NCBI GenBank assembly: GCA_030390025.1
Contig: CM059430.1
Location: 73,904,001-73,968,000, forward strand
DNA: 64,000 nt
From: Squalus acanthias
Lineage: Eukaryota
Direction: 5' to 3'
Translations under genes and position numbers: made by a program
In this document: positions 26,860 to 40,160 of the stretch, one piece after another
Numbering within the stretch: position 1 is the stretch's first letter
Layout of the letters: every line of letters begins with the position of its first letter
Notes under the pieces: model-generated
The model's database searches: none
What the model was told of the DNA's origin: nothing
Seen by the model: the letters and a program-made list of their open reading frames with translations, nothing else

Positions 26860-28590
26860 ATGTGATTTAAGAAGATTTTTTTGTGCAGGCAGAGGGCATG
26901 GCTGAGGTACAAAATGACTTTATATGCGTCTGTCTTCACTGGAGAAGAGTATGCTGCCAATGAAGCTATAAAGGAGGAGGCAGTAGCGATGCTAATAAGA
27001 TATACTTAAATGATGGAAGTGTTTAAAATAGAAAAGTCATCCTGTCTGGATGCACTTCATCCTAGTTTACTGAGGAAATTAATGCTGTAAATTGCATGCG
27101 CACTGGCCACAGTCTTCCAATCCTCCTTGGATATTGGGTTGGTTCCAATGGACTGGAGGTTGCAAGTGTTATCCCTCTGTTCAAGAAAGGAGAAAGGGAT
27201 AACCGAGGTAACTGCAGATCACACAGCCTAACGTCGGTGGTGTGGAACTTCACAGAGACAACAATCCGGGAAAAAATGAATTGTCACTTGGAAAAGTATG
27301 GGCTAATAAATGAAAGTCATCACGAATTTGTTAAAGGCAAATCGTGTTTAAATAAATTCATCAAGTTCTATGATAAAGTACCGGAGAGTGTTAATGAGAA
27401 TAGTGCGGTGACGTTGTGTATATGGACATTCAAAAGGCTTTTGACAAAGTACCACATAAAACTCTTGTTCGCAAAATTAAAGCCATTAGACTAAAAGGAC
27501 AGTTGCAACATAGATACAAGTTTGGCAAAGGGACAGGAAGGCGAGGGTAGTGGGGAATCGTTATTTTTCAGACTGGAGGGAGATATACAATGGTGTTCTC
27601 CAGGCGCTGGTATTAGGACCACTGTTCTTTTTAATATATATGAATGACCTGTACTTGTGTAAACAGGGCATAAATTCAAAATTTGCAAATGATCCGAAAC
27701 CCGGAAATGTAGTAAACACTGAGGGGAATAGTAATATACTTCAGGAGAACATAGACAAACTAGTAAAATGGGCAGACATATGGCAGATGAAATTTAACGC
27801 AGAAAAACGTGAAGTGATACATTTTGTTATGAGGAATGAGGAGAGGCAATATGACGAAATGGTACAATATTAAAGGAGATTCAGGAGCAGAGATACCTGG
27901 CGGTGTATGTAAAAACATTTTTCAAGGTAACAGGACAAGTTGAGAAGGCTGTTAAAAAGCATATGCGATCTACGGCTTCATTAATAGTGGAACAGAGTGC
28001 AAACGCAAGGAATGTATGCAAAACGTTTATGAATCACTGGCTAGGCCTCAGCTGGAGTATTCTGTTCATTTCTGTGCACCACACTTTAACTAGGATGTCA
28101 ATGCCATGGAGAGCGTTCAGAAAATATTTACTACATATTTGCCAAGGATGAGAGACTTCTGTTATGGATAAAGACTGGAGAAGCTGGGGTTGTTATCCTT
28201 GGAGCAGATAAAGGTAAGAGGCGATTTGTTAAAGCTGTTCAAAATTATTAACAGTTTTGATAGAGTAAATAAGGAGAAACTTTTCATTCTCAAGAGGGTC
28301 GGTAACAGATTTAAGTTTATTGGCAAAAGGAGCAGATGCGACATGCGAAAACATGTTTTTACAGAACGAGTTGTGATCTGTAATGCATTGCCTGAAAGGG
28401 TGGTGGACGGATATTCAATATTAACGTTCTAAAGAGAATTAGACAAATGCTTGATCGGAGAAAAAATGTACTGAGCTACGGGAAAAGAACAATGGTGTGC
28501 AATTATTTGATTAGCTCTGCCAGATAGCCGGCAACCGCAGAGGCACGATGGGCCGACTGACCACCTTCAGTGCTCTGTCAGTGTATGATT
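26860..28590 (+). mobile_element. CR1 LINE 3' half (RT to tail), degenerate
   Basis: VIPLFKKG.R...NCR..SLTSVV, HEFVKGKSCL, FLIYMNDL..FANDPK, CR1 3' UTR. Confidence 0.88.
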
Positions 28591-28984
28591 ATTGTCTTGT
28601 ATTGCCATGGAGCAAGCACACAAACGCTGAGCTGCCTTCCATTAAAATGACTGCTGCATTCACCCAGAGCTATACTCGACATTGATTTCCTCGCAAGGCG
28701 AGTGCCGGATATTGGGTGTATGCGGCGCTACTTAAATGCAGCCAGCACATCTGAAAGTGGAGTTGCATTACTGGTAATGTTAACGTTGTATGGTCTTTCT
28801 GCACATGTTGACATTCACACCGACTGTCCCTGTCTAATGCTATAATAATCAAATGAACCAAAGGGTTTAGACCCACGTCCTCATGTGCTTTGCCATTACA
28901 CAATGCATCACTGACTTGGCCATGTCTGGACGCTATCTTGATTCGATCATAATTTCCGTAAATCTGTTGAAATCTAATAGTTCG

Positions 28985-29250
28985 GCATTTGTGGACATGC
29001 CTTTCGCTGCCGAGGCACTAACTCTGGAAGTCCCTCCCTAATCCGCTCCGCCTCGCTACATTTCTTTCCTCAATTAAGGTGCTCCAGAAAACTGGAGTCT
29101 TTAACCAAGCGTTTGGTCATCTAGTCGAATATGACGTTATCCTGCTGGATGTCAAATTTTGTTTGACAACGCTTCTGTGAAGCCTCGGGAGGTTTGATTA
29201 CTTTAAAGGCAGTTTGTAAATCCAAGTTGTTGCTGCTGTTGTTGTTGTGA
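28985..29250 (+). mobile_element. L2-type 3' tail fragment (LINE or SINE)
   Basis: Similar to 3020-3270: ctctggaa.tccctccct...ctgtgaagc...aagttgttg tail. Confidence 0.65.
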
Positions 29251-30379
29251 AAAGTTATAGAAAATATAAGGCTATGATATTAGCGTCAAAATGTTCTTTA
29301 CTTGAGAGTGTGGGGAATTTTAAATTGCACAAACACATTACGCATGGTCGGTATTTAATCTTGGCAGCTTTCCTTTCAATTTTACTCGTTCTGCTCTGGC
29401 GCTACTCATTTCTTTCATAGCGCACGACTGTGTGATGGAATTACGGATATTAAATGAGCCTTTGCCTCTTCCAAAGATTCCGCGCCCTTCCATGGTTCCT
29501 TACAAATGAAATCTGCAACTCTCAAGGTATCTGGCTCTGTAGTAATTTCTTACCACTTGGGACTCACGCAATCCTCGACCGCTTTTGTCTACTTCTTTTT
29601 TTCTCTCCGAAACACTCTGGGACATTACAATATCAGCACAGACATTTAAGATGGGCTCAGATTCTGAGATTGCTTTACAGAGATTTATTAAGCAGAAAGA
29701 TGCTGAATTGCTTAAGCTTGTGTATAAAGAAAGGAGTGAAATGCCTCCCCTTTTAAATATTCACTGTGATTTTGACAGCACTGAATGTGCACATTCCTTT
29801 TAACACTGTTTTTTGCAGGCGGGAGCACTCACTTTCAGTTCATTTCACCAAAAAACAATTTGGTTCCAGTGCATTTGCGCTCCTCTCTCTCGGCTCTGCT
29901 TTTGGATACATTTTTACTTCACTGTTTGAATTTGATGGAAAACATTGCAGATTCATATTGATGTAAAATAAAAAAGATTTATGATGCAAATTTCTGAGTG
30001 TCTTGCCATCTCCGAGCAATTCCTTTTATTCGACAGATCCACATTACCGCAATTCTCTTCAAACCCAAAGCACTACCAACGATATATCCTTGCTCTCCCC
30101 TCTTCTTCTTTATCTACACGATACTCTTTGGCAGCTTCATCCACAGACCTGAGGACAACTTCCAACCAGACACTGACCATATCCAATTCTGCTAGTCCAC
30201 CCCGACGATCCACTACCTGTATGATGTCATATTGCTTGTCCCCAACTTCCAATCTTGAATGAATCGTAATTGCCTCCAGCTAAAGTCCAATGTATATTTC
30301 GCGCTATTGGTGCAGATCAACTTGACTTCCAAATTATTCTGTGACATTTGTCTATCGCTGTATGATCGACTGAATTAAA

Positions 30380-30930
30380 TAGCCTGTCACTTTAATTCTC
30401 CACTCCACTCCCACTCTGACCTCACTGTCCTCGGCCTATTACACTGTTCCACGGTAGCGCAGCGTAAGCTCGTGGAACAGCACCTCATCTTTCGTTTAGG
30501 CACCCTACAGCCTTCTAGCTCAACATCGAGTTCAACAATTTTAGATCAAAACCTCGGCCCCTATCACATCTATATTTTCTTTTTTCATCCACCCTTTTGT
30601 TTGCCCCCCTTTTTTTTCCTCCCAGAAGCTGGCAGCTGTCCTTCATTCTGCCACTGGATTTCACACTTCATTTAGCCTCAACCTGTTACATCAACACACC
30701 CTCTTGCCGTGATTATCTCTTAACGTCTCTCAATGACTCTTAATCTCTCCTTTTTTTTCTTTCATCCCCTCCCCCTTTTCCCAGCTTTAACTTGCTTTAA
30801 ATCCATTACATTTCCTGCTTTTTTTCCAGTTTTGACGAAAGGTCTTCGACCTGAAACGTTAACTCTGTTTCTCTCTCCATGGATGCTGCCTGGCCTGCTG
30901 AGTTTTTCCAGCGTTTTCTGTTGTTATTTT
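30380..30930 (+). mobile_element. Penelope-like element 3' fragment (GIY-YIG C-terminus and pLTR)
   Basis: ACHFNS..HSHSDLTVLGLLHC....RKLVEQHLIFRLGTLQP..LNIEF, pyrimidine-rich UTR, hammerhead-like motif and gatgctgcctggcctgctgag tail. Confidence 0.8.
30828..30864 (+). ncRNA. Minimal type I hammerhead ribozyme-like motif (C3 mutated)
   Basis: AGTT-TTGACGA-A-AGGTC-TTC-GACCT-GAAA-CG-TT-AACT: stem I AGTT/AACT, stem II AGGTC/GACCT, palindromic ACGT stem III. Confidence 0.65.
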
Positions 30931-31329
30931 GAATGAAATAGCTCTTGGACAGCAGCGCAACATGCACACTCGGAAATCAGCAGGCGATATCACATCCCAC
31001 CCGAAATAATTAATCATTGAATTTAAAGTTTGCAGTTTCAAACATGCTACCACCTAAGGATAAATTCACCACTCCATTTGTATGTTAAGTAGGGTACCAC
31101 ATTCGTGTAGATTTTCTTCTTCAAGGTCTGTGCAGAAAACGTCTGATTTTCATTCAAATGAATTCATCAGAATGGATATAAGACGCGTGCTATAAATGTG
31201 GGATCCTCCCCGCCAGATTTTTCCCTCTGCTGCTGCTCCCGGCGATAATAAAGGCCCTTCGCCTCATTTATTTTTCCTTACCCCAATGAAAAGTTTATAC
31301 CTGTAGCGCATTCCCACGATCCGTGATAT

Positions 31330-32141
31330 GGATATGTTGATTATCTTCGGTGATAATATTTGGCCGCAACTCTCGGCAGCTCTTTGATAGAACAATGTAT
31401 GCAGACATACTTGCAACATATATAATGGCCAGGAATTTTTCCGTAAGCTACGAAGTAAAGGCATTCCTTGCTGGCCCAAAGAAAGCTACACACAGAGCTC
31501 TTGCGATATCTATAGCGAGAAGTTTGCCTTTGCAATGTAATGGGAAATCCCTGGATTGCACTTTTGTGACGTTATTGCAGAATTCTCACCGGAAGGTAAC
31601 CAGGAAGTGAAGAAGCTGCCTTTATTAGGGCTTTTAAAAATTGTTACAGTGAGCAAAACATGTTTGGGTCACTCACATGGGGAAACGTTAAATCTGAAAT
31701 AAATATGAACAAACGTTTAAAAATATATATATTTTCAAATGTACTTAAAAAATTATATTTGTTACCTTAATGGATAAATGTGTCATTCCACAAAAGTAAA
31801 ATTAGTTTTTCTGGGCCATACTGTTTGTTTCGTCGTCAGTACACTGCTAAAACCCCAATTACATGTATTCCAACAATTACGAATTTTCAGAGGGGTAGTT
31901 AACAGAAATATGACCGTGGAAAAGACAACGTCTTTGTCAGTTTCACTGATTACACTGATTGCCGCCTATAGGGGTGGGGACACATCGCAGCCAGTGTCAA
32001 AGCAGTGACGGACAGACCGCAACTTCAGGATTTGCGTTTAGATGTGCATGCGCTACATCCTGAATTTGCGATCAGCTTCAATAAGGTAATAACAGCGAAC
32101 CCTGTTAGTTCCGAGTTAATACCGACCTCAACTCCAGGCCC
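31330..32141. mobile_element. Degenerate Harbinger-like MITE
   Basis: Right end AACTCCAGGCCC, AT-rich core, subterminal hairpin 32018-32070 with GCATGCGC; left end uncertain. Confidence 0.45.
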
Positions 32142-32922
32142 TATGTTAAAAGGCGATTCCGAAAATCGTCAGGAAAAGGAAATCTAGGAGAACAAGGCTA
32201 TATAATTAAATTATAATTTTAAATTATTGTTCCGGTAGAGACCACTGTAACAACCGAAGTAACTACAAACTTAACCCCAGCTGTACAGGACGCGACTCTG
32301 ATTGTTAATTAACCGCAGATGGAGCTCGCAATTCAATCACGTTCACCGATCAGCTTTCCTTTCCAATTGAAAACAATTTTGCTTGACCAAAGACTTGGAA
32401 TTTCATGATTTTTTAATGAATCAAGTTAGCAAAAAGACATGGAAAAATACTTTTCAAACAGCTGTAGAAAGCTTTAGGCAAGGCACAATAACAAAAATAA
32501 AGATTGGCAAATTACTCTTGTTAAATATATAACATGATAAATATGTTTAACTTTATTCCAGAAATGTTACTTGAATCAAAGTATAACATTTGGCAATACT
32601 TCAGAAAGAAGCTGCAGAACTTTTGAATGACTCCCTTCGTTCCAGTTTCCACAGCAAAGCAGCAGATGCGGAGGTATTTTATCAACATGAACAGATAGAG
32701 TGGCGCCTTACATATATCTTCTACAACAAGTATCACTTTCTTCTGAAACACTGATGCGAGAAAATGTAAAAAAAATAAGAGATATCTATTTCCCTCAACT
32801 GAAGCTCGCAATGATCAGCGACTTGATCAGCAGCAGATTCCATTGTCAATTTTATTTGTTACACGTCTGTGGGTTCCGAACACCCTTTTCTGATTTCTGA
32901 ACTGAAGCTGTCCACAAACTAT

Positions 32923-34490
32923 AAGAACATAAGAACATAAGAAATGGGAGCAGGAGTAGGCCAATCGGCCCCTCGAGCCTGCTCCGCCATTCAATAAGAT
33001 CATGGCTGATCTGATCCTAACCGCCAATCTACTATCTATCACAGAACCATCTCCTGCATCTAACAGAATTGCACACACGAAATAGGAGCAGAATCAGGCT
33101 ACACAGTCCCTGGGCCCGCTCCACTACCCACAGGGCCATGACCGATCCGAACCTAGACTCATGTCCAAATTCCTGCCCGCTCCCCGTAACCCTTAATGCC
33201 CTTTACTTCTAGGAAACTGTCTATTTCTGTTTTAAATTTAATTAATGTTGTAGCTTCTACAGCTTTTTGTGGCAGCATATTCCATGGACCTACCACCCTC
33301 TGAGTGAAGTAGTTCCTCCTCATCTCAGTTTTGAAAGAGCAGCCCCTTATTCTAAGACTATGTCCCCTAGTTCTCGTCTCACCCGTCATCGGGAACATCC
33401 TCCCCGCATCCACCCGATCCAACCCCTTCACAATCTTATATGTTTCAATAAGATCGCCTCTCATTCTTCTGAACTCCAATGAGTAGAGTCCCAATCTACC
33501 CAACCTCTCCTCATATGACCACCCCCTCATCCCCGGGATTAACCGAGTGAACCTTTTTTGCACTGCCTCGAGAGCAAGGATGTCTTTCCTTAAGTAAGGA
33601 CACCAAAACTGTATGCAGTATTCCAGGTGCGGTCTCACCAATACCTTGTACAACTGAAGCAATACCTCCCTATTTTTATATTCTATCCCCCTAGCAATGA
33701 AAGCCAACATTCCATTTGCCTTCTTAATCACTTGCTGCACCTGCATACTAACCTTTTGAGTTTCGTGCACCAGGACCCCCAGATCCCTTTGCACTTCAGT
33801 ACTCTCCAGTTTCTTGCCATTAAGATAATAAATTGCTCTAGGATTTTTCCTGCCAAAGTGCATCACCTCACACTTTCCAGTGTTGTATTCCATCTGCCAA
33901 ATCTCTGCCCACTTACTTAGCCTGTCTATGTCCCCTTGCAGGTTTTTTATGTCCTCCTCACTCACTACTTTCCCTCCCATCTTTGTATCATCTGCAAATT
34001 TTGATATGTTACACTTGGTCCCTTCCTCCAAATCGTTAATATAGATTGTGAAGAGTTGGGGACCCAGCACTGACCCCTGTGGAACACCACTAGTTACTGA
34101 TTGCCAGTCTGAGAATGAACCATTTATCCCAACTCTTTGCTTTCTGTTAGATAGCCAATCCTCTATCCATGCCAGAATATTACCCCCAATCCCGTGATTT
34201 TTTACCTTAAGCAATAATCTTTTGTGTGGCACCTTGTCAAATGCCTTTTGGAAGTCTAAATACACTACGTCCACTGGTTCCCCTTTATCCACTCTATATG
34301 TTACTTCCTCAAAGAACTCCAGCAAATTTGTCAAACATGACTTCCCCTTCGTAAAACCATGCTGACTTTGTCCTATTAAATTATGATTATCCAAATGTCC
34401 TGTTACTGTTTCCTTAATAATGGACTCCAAAATTTTACCTACCACAGATGTTAGGCTAACCGGTCTATAGTTACCAGCCTTCTGTCTACT
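32923..34490 (-). mobile_element. Young 5'-truncated CR1 LINE with uninterrupted RT frame (33159-34487)
   Basis: 449-aa ORF NYRPVSLTSVVGK..QHGFTKGKSC..DFQKAFD..PQGSVLGP..FADD with no stops; (ATGTTCTT)n tail; ACTAT at both junctions. Confidence 0.95.
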
Positions 34491-34879
34491 ATGTGCTCCT
34501 CCTGCCATTTCGGTTTGGTCTATGTCTTCTGACAGACGAAGTCCAGCGCACAGTAGCTCAGCCTTTCTTAAGCTACCATTTTCGGAATCTGTAGTAGTGT
34601 TCAGAAATATCGTTAATATTCTGCCTTCAACAGCCTACAGATTTCTACCTCCAACAACTTCGGATATTCCTGCATAGGGTGAGGCAAATGTGACGTGCGA
34701 GTATCAATCAAAACTTCTCTCACCCTCCTGAAGCGGCTCCTGCATACACTCCTGCACCTCAACCCTGAGCCTCGTTATCACTTTGGACTCAACATACTTC
34801 GGGATCAGCTTTGTGTATACACGATGATAGTAAAATAAAAACGTAAACGTCAGTCAATAAAGATTCGTGTAAGTATGAA

Positions 34880-35680
34880 ACTGATTCCACTGGCAGAAGA
34901 TTCGCTGACCTGATTTAACTCAATTGGCAAAAGAGTTAGATGTGAGATGATGAGATTTTTCTTTTTTACCCAGCAAGTTATTATGATTTAGAATGCATTT
35001 CCTGAAAGAGTGGTGGAAGCAGATTGAGTGGTACATTTCAAAAGGAAATTAACTACACGCTTGAAAAGGCGAACAAATGCATGGTTACAGAGAAAGAAAA
35101 AGGGAGTGTGAATAATTTGAAAGATTTTCAAAGAAATGGCACTGGTACGATGGGCCGAGTGGCCCCCTTCTGTGCTGAAACATTCTATCATTCTATGATG
35201 TGTGTGTGAACAACGAGCACATGAAGAGTCTAAAATAAGTGTATTTATCGTATGCAATACCAGTGTGAGATAGCACATAATGTTAAGGGGATGTTTAATA
35301 GAGGCTTTCAAGATCATAAAGGGTTGTGTTAGAGTAAATAAGGGGAAACTCTTTCCACTGAGTAAATAATTGGTAACAGGTGGACACAGATATAAAGTAA
35401 TTGTCGGAAGAGGTCGAGGCGAGATGCTGAAAAAATTGTTTAAGTAATAAGTTCTTATGATTATAAATGCACTGCCTGAAAGTCTAGTGGAAAGAGATCC
35501 AATTGTAACTTTCAAAACGAAATTGAGTAACTAATTGATGGGTGAAAATTGCAGGGCTATGGGGACAGAGAAGAGGCGTGTGACTAATTACACATCTATT
35601 TCAAAGGGCCGATACTGGCAGAATTGATCCAATGGCCTGCATCTATTTTGTTAGATTATATGATTCTATATGAATCTGTA
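34880..35680 (+). mobile_element. Two tandem degenerate CR1 3' ends
   Basis: Both carry aatgcactgcctgaaa..gtggaa..., CR1 3' UTR and (tatgatt) tails. Confidence 0.75.
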
Positions 35681-37184
35681 ATACGTCTGTTAACAAGGAC
35701 CACATGAAGAATCAAAGAGAAGTATATTTCTCGTATGCCATACCAGTGTGAAATAGCGGAGCTTCTCAATAGCTTCAGCAGTGGAATATTATATACATTT
35801 GGATTGATTGCATTTATTGAGCCCAGCGATTGCTTTATGAACGAACAGTATACTTGTTACAGGCAGGGGAGATATCTCATTTAGCTGAAAGGTTTAATTG
35901 GCAATGCGATGAAGCTGTGCTTCTCACAGAATAGTGGGTGTGTGAAAGTTGTCGGCGATTTCTCTCTTTGGTGTCGATTTTAACTCTCTCAAATCGGCAC
36001 CAATGAGGCAATAATGGCCTCAAAATGGGGTTGGTAAAGCTACCGCCCTTTTACGCAGACATTCTGTCGCTGGCTGGCGAGAGCTCCTGTCTACTCAGTT
36101 AGTAAGTCTTTTTAAGATGCAAATCGGGGTCCTCTGCCTTACAATGGACCACAATTTTTATGTTAGGATATAGCAGGGCGGAGCTTGAGCCGTGCACTCG
36201 GCAAACAATTTTACTGGCTAAACGGCAACATTTTCTGCAAAAAGGTCCTATTGCTCATTCTGGGTCCATAAAAATAATCTGTGGCGCCACTCCGGTGGCT
36301 TTCCGCCTCCAAGATTGCGACCCCCACCCCAAGACTTACATTGTTGCCGCTGGGTTTTTTCTGTCCCCCTGATACTACAACACCCTTAATCCGGTCTAAC
36401 TGCATCGAAATGTCCAGATAGGACGAGCAACTAGTCGCTTCTATTGAAAGCCAAATCATGAAAATGGCTCGGGGCACTGTCCTGCCGGACTGGGCCGTCA
36501 GCTGACCAAAAGGTTAATATTTAACCCAAAGGCTGCACAAACGATTATGCAGTAAACTGGTGTTGGAAACAGTTGGGGAAGGCAATGGTTATTTTTTTTC
36601 TGAGTGCATGCCTGTCAGTTCACTGCTTAAGTCTCGCAAAATGATGATAGACACATATCAGGGGAATTTAGCATTTTTACTTTAAGATGAATCATTGGTA
36701 AAATGTAAATCTCACTGTGAATGTACTATCATATTCCATCAGTATTTTATAATTATAACATCGGTTGTTCGTTTCCAACTGGCTTAATCTCCATAATTGC
36801 TGATCAGTCCACACTGGAAGATGAGAGAGAAGGTGTTGCGAGACACTAACGATCACAGAATCGATGGTGTTGAAAGTTGTAAAACTGATGAAGTGTTACG
36901 ATGATATTGCGTTGTGGCGCAAGACGAATTTCACGCGATAATTCGAAAGCAACGAGGAGTAAATAGGTCTGGGGAGTACTCTTAATGTGCAAGGAAAGCA
37001 GGCTGTTACAACTAAGACAATCATTATATACGTTTCAGTGTAGGCCGCTACAAGCAATGTACGAAGAAACATATTTCAAACATACATTGGTTTACAAACA
37101 TACGAAATTGTGTTACATATATAAATGAAATGATTTTACATATGCTTGATATAGTCTTAGATGTACATACTGAATTATCAATAC

Positions 37185-37295
37185 CTCTGCGTGCGATTCC
37201 ATGGTATTCATCTGCTTGGGGTTTGAACGCTTTTTGGAGTCATTTAAATTCACAATTGCGGAGGTGAGCAGCTCATCTGTGACGTCTTCCTTAAC
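37185..37295 (-). pseudogene. Cytoplasmic exon with decayed ITIM-like motifs
   Basis: cag|VKEDVTDELLTSAIVNLNDSKKRSNPKQMNTMESHAE|gta, 111 nt, phase 0-0; TCC and CAC codons are each one change from TAC; weak polypyrimidine tract. Confidence 0.55.
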
Positions 37296-37680
37296 CTGCA
37301 ACTCTACTTACACAATGTTCATTGTATTATACAATAGATTGAGATCGGTTGTGGCTTTTTAAATTGAACCGTGATATTTTACTGTGTTTTAATTTCCAAA
37401 TTACAATAGTGTTTTAATTAATTGCTGTTTATAAATCGAGCTTATATAAATTTGTATTTTGAAACCCTCATATCGCCTTAAGTTATAATTATTCTCAACG
37501 TAGAATTGCTATTGATCCCAACTAGAAGGTTATATTTTTATTTGGAACATAATTTAATTCAAAAACGCATATCCATTCGTAGTGTCCGTATGTCTTTCAC
37601 TATCTATTAAAATAACATCTTAATTCGCTCCCAGTTAGTTGCATTCTTCGTCTTATTGTGAACCGAAGAGCAGGATTACT

Positions 37681-37733
37681 CTTATGGACTGCTTCATGTA
37701 GATTATTTTCTCTGTCGCGAATTTAATTTTCAA
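37681..37733 (-). pseudogene. Tentative short juxtamembrane cytoplasmic exon (VEN*IRDRENNLHEAVHK)
   Basis: Good acceptor ctcctgttttgcag; 53 nt would bridge phase 1 to phase 0; contains a stop and the donor is offset by 1 nt. Confidence 0.3.
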
Positions 37734-38069
37734 CTGCAAAACAGGAGAATTATTCATCCGCACATGAACACCCTCATTGGCCTCCCTGTCTCTGTAACCT
37801 TATCCAGCCTCTGATATCTCTGCCTTCCTCCAACTCTGACTGATTTTGCATCCGTAATCGATTGATCACATGACTGACAGCCGTGCCTTTAGCCGTATAA
37901 GCCCGAAGCTCTGGAATTCAGTCATTGATCATTCAGCTTGTGCAGCTACATTCGCCGCTTTAACCGTATCCTTGAAACCACCTCTTGATCGAGGTTTTGG
38001 GAAGTTGTCTTATTAACGTCAACTTTTGCGCCATGTCAATTCTTGACTGACTAAGCTCCTGCGAATCAT

Positions 38070-40160
38070 AGCAACAAAGAATGATGCAGCACAGAAGGAG
38101 TTCAGTCGATCCATCTTTGGTAGTACTATCCAATTCGGCCTACTTCCACGCTCTTTCCCAATAGCACCATTATAATTTCTCCTTCAAGTATCTGTCCAAT
38201 TCCCTTTTGAAAGTTTATGTTGAATATGATTCCACCATCCTTTCATGCAGTACATTCCATATGACAACAACTCGCATGTTTTCTCATGTTGCCTCTGTTT
38301 CATTTCGCTATCTCCATATAACTATGCAGCCTCTTTAACGACCCTTCGGCCAGTGGAAGCAGATTCACCTTATTTACTGCATCAAAACCATTCGTAACTT
38401 TGAACATCTCTATCAAACCTCCTCTTAACTTTCTCTGCTCCAAGGAGAACAACCACTCTTGTGCAAACTCTCTAATACATTGGCATCCTTGCTAAATTGA
38501 GGTGCCCAGAATTGAACACAATACTACTGCTGAGGCCTAACCAGTGTTTCATAAAATTTTAGCACAAATTCCTTGCTTTTGTACACTATGCTCTCTGAAT
38601 AAAGCCAAGGATCCCATATGCTTTATTAACAGCCATTTCAGCTTCTGTTGCCACCTACAAATATTTGTGTACACACACGCCATGTTCTCCCTATTCCTGT
38701 AAACTATTTAAATGTATCATTTATTTTGGATTGCCTCTCCACTTTTTTTGGACCAAAATGCATCACTTCACACTTGTCTACATGACTGTTCATCTGCCCT
38801 GTCTCTGCCCATTTCATGTGCATGCTTATCTCCTCCCGAAATCGGTTACTATTATCGTCATTGTTTGCTTCATTTCGGAGGTTCGTTTCATTTGCAAACT
38901 TTGAAATTACGCCCCCTTTATCGATGTCTGGGTCATTAACATATATGAAAAATTGCAGTTGTCCTCATACCGACCCCGTTGGAACACTTTGATTTCTTTC
39001 CTCTTCATCACTACTCTCCGCATTCTATCACTTATCGAGTTTCGTATCCACACTGCCACTGTCCTTTCATTCCATGGGCGTTTACTTTGCTAACACTTCT
39101 GGTATGTGGTACTTTGTCAAATGCCTTTTGAAAGTCCAGATGCACAACAGCAAGCACACTGCTTCATCACCGCATTCCATCACTTCATTAAAGAAGTCGA
39201 TCAAGTTCATCAAGCACGATTTCCCTTCAACACACCATCCTTACTTGGAAGTATATCTTCGTTCCTTAATCGTCGCTTGGTCAGAATCCTGGAACTCCCT
39301 CCCTAAAAGCACTATGGGGTACCTGAACAACACGGACTGCAGCAGTTCAAGAAGGCGGCTCACTACCACATTCTCAAGGGCAACAAGGAATGGGCAACAA
39401 ATGCTGCCCTTGCCTGCGACGCCCACATCCCATGAAAGAATGCAAAAAAATCAGTGCTGACTTTTATTTATTAGCCGATACCTTTTCAAATGCCAATTCA
39501 GTTTGTTCGGGAAACCTGTCTATAAAAGTTTCCTCACCAGCGATTTCAGGCTAACTGGCCTGTAATGTCATGGTTTATACCTCTCCCCGTTTTTAAACAG
39601 CGGTGTAAAGTTTGCAATCCTCCTGTCCTCTGGCACCAGCCGAAATCTAAGGAGACTTGCAAGATTTTGGCCAGAGCCTTTGAAATTTCCACCCTTATTA
39701 AAGGGCATCCCATCCGAACCTGGTGACTTTTGTACTTTGAGTACTGCCCACGTTTTAATCCCTTCTGTTTATCTATTTTATTACTACCCAATATCGCTGC
39801 TACTTTCCCCTACAGTGTAGCATGCTCTTCTCTAGTGAAGAAAGGTTAAAGTACTAATTTAATACCTCAGTCATGCCTTCTGCCTCCACAGGAGTATTTC
39901 CTTTTAGGCCCCTCATTGGTCTCACCCTTGCGCTGAATTACCTTTTACTACTGATATATTTATAAAATACATTCTTGTTCAATTTTAATTTAGCCGCTAA
40001 TCTATACTCATAGTGTCCTATTTATATTTCCTCTACTCGCATTAACCCTCTCCGTTTCTTTATGAAAGAACTCAGTCAGGTTAGTCAAATACGATTTGCC
40101 TTTATGAAATCCGTGCTGACTTTCACTTATTAGCTCACACTTTTCAATAAACCAATTAAG
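38070..40160 (-). mobile_element. Degenerate CR1 LINE with a nested plus-strand Zenon-like 3' fragment (~39232-39450)
   Basis: CR1 RT motifs on the minus strand (ctttgtcaaatgccttttgaaagtcc); insert ends gcgacgcccacatcccatgaaagaatgcaaaaaaa. Confidence 0.75.

Noticed and set aside
29650-29735. Resemblance of MGSDSEIAL...ELLKLV to the S100 N-terminus, and of LQKEAAEL (32600) to the IFN-gamma signature
   Set aside because: Spacing is wrong and there is no EF-hand or basic tail; insufficient for a call
36750-36815. Strong minus-strand acceptor (ctctctcatcttccag) as the terminal receptor exon
   Set aside because: The phase-0 reading gives only CGLISNYGD-stop with no recognisable motif; cannot be supported
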